From an uncultured virus (IMG/VR IMGVR_UViG_3300025133_005019) (taxonomy: Duplodnaviria; Heunggongvirae; Uroviricota; Caudoviricetes), in the IMG/VR virus record IMGVR_UViG_3300025133_005019: a DNA stretch of 57,478 nt; one strand, 5' to 3'. The position numbers were made by a program, and so were the translations under genes. Positions 56,635-57,478 of the stretch are shown piece after piece; within the stretch, counting starts at the first letter, position 1; every line of letters starts with the position of its first letter. The notes under the pieces are model-generated. The model had not been told where the DNA came from. It did no database searches and was given only the letters and a program-made list of their open reading frames with translations.

Positions 56635-57009
56635 TTATTTTGCTGCTGCGGCTGCTTCTTTCTTTTCAAGACCACGAGTCCAAGAAGCTACTCCAAGAAT
56701 TGCGCCAAATGCGATGTGAAATAGTCCACCACCCATTAGTGTTAATGATTGCCATTGGCTTTTACTGTGCAATATCTCTAATGATTGTGTTTGTTGATCT
56801 ATAGGCATCTGTAATACATATTCAAAAATATGTGATAAGTCTGTAGCCATATGCATTTGCGTAAGATATGGTGCAACAATAAAATCAAATATACAAATGC
56901 TTAAATATACCACTGCTGCTAATGGACGCCAATAATTACGAATTTTTTCCCAAAAGCCAATGTGTAAATCTTTAGATTCTTTAGATGTTGTTGTTTTCTT
57001 AGTTGCCAT
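56635..57009 (-). CDS. Holin-like membrane protein
   Basis: YWRP...FDFIVAP...LTLMGGGLFHIAFGAILGVASWTRGLEK. Confidence 0.7.
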   Translation of the reverse strand: MATKKTTTSKESKDLHIGFWEKIRNYWRPLAAVVYLSICIFDFIVAPYLTQMHMATDLSHIFEYVLQMPIDQQTQSLEILHSKSQWQSLTLMGGGLFHIAFGAILGVASWTRGLEKKEAAAAAK

Positions 57010-57041
57010 TTTACCGCCCTTTCTTTTATTTATCAATTCAG

Positions 57042-57070
57042 AAAAAAACCAGTGTAAGAACACTGGTTTT
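57042..57070 (-). terminator. Rho-independent terminator
   Basis: AAAACCAGTG-TTCTTA-CACTGGTTTTTTT on the minus strand. Confidence 0.85.
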
Positions 57071-57088
57071 ATTATTCAAATTAATGAA

Positions 57089-57391
57089 TTAAGCTACTGT
57101 GCAAGTTGTAAAGTTTCCGCCAAGTGCTCTAAGAGCTACTTGAACTGCTGCTGCATCAGCCCATGAACTGTTTTCTAGTGTTACAGTAAATACTGTTCCA
57201 CCAGTTGCGTGATCTGAAAGACCCATCCATGTACCATGTTGTGTCAATGCTTCCATTACTTTTTCCATTTCTTCGCCTGGGTTTACTTCACCTGATACGT
57301 CAGCGTCTGCTGTTACTGTGAAAGATGTCATAGTAGCACCGTAGTTCCATGTGCCCCATGCAATTACGTTTGCTGGATTTCTTGTTGCCAT
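57089..57391 (-). CDS. Small structural-type protein
   Basis: A/T/G/V-rich, AGGAG RBS, TAAATAC upstream at 57440-57446, own terminator. Confidence 0.6.
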   Translation of the reverse strand: MATRNPANVIAWGTWNYGATMTSFTVTADADVSGEVNPGEEMEKVMEALTQHGTWMGLSDHATGGTVFTVTLENSSWADAAAVQVALRALGGNFTTCTVA

Positions 57392-57478
57392 TTTTAATTT
57401 CTCCTAAAAATATATTCTCTGCGCTTCTTTGCGCTACTTGTATTTAGTCTTTTTTGTTAAAAATTTAACGTTTTGCCT

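Noticed and set aside
1..57478. tRNA or rRNA genes
   Set aside because: Intergenic gaps are short and I saw no cloverleaf or T-loop pattern; tRNAscan-SE would confirm.
1..57478. Alternative genetic code (stop recoding)
   Set aside because: Long conserved genes are uninterrupted in code 11, and TAA, TAG and TGA all terminate genes.

Overview
AT-rich, gene-dense 57.5 kb segment of a large T4-like (jumbo) tailed dsDNA phage. The ferredoxin, SbmA and IOR genes suggest a marine proteobacterial, perhaps alphaproteobacterial, host (inference). Nearly all genes are on the minus strand. Core functions: family B DNA polymerase, clamp loader, dCMP deaminase, dNMP kinase, GroES, ClpP, MazG, SleB-type hydrolase, holin. 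Accessory layers: (1) host-type genes that together form an apparent peptide-to-energy pathway (periplasmic protease-like protein, SbmA/BacA importer, M17 aminopeptidase, Leu/Phe/Val dehydrogenase, fused indolepyruvate:ferredoxin oxidoreductase, ferredoxin, IscA, FTR1), with a MotA/MotB-like module beside the importer; (2) modification islands with radical SAM enzymes, three QueC-like proteins, QueD behind a candidate preQ1-like riboswitch, 2OG-Fe(II) oxygenases, KdsA/KdsB and several internally deleted gene remnants; (3) a 44.9-53.3 kb cluster of proteins sharing an M(R/K)hx(E/D)h N-terminus and Glu-type cleavage motifs, probably head-packaged effectors. Regulation: seven sigma70-type promoters with a pseudo-palindromic box in the spacer, plain sigma70 promoters, and a TAAATAC late-type motif. 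No tRNA, rRNA, CRISPR array or reverse transcriptase was seen. All assignments come from motif recognition by eye; no searches were run.
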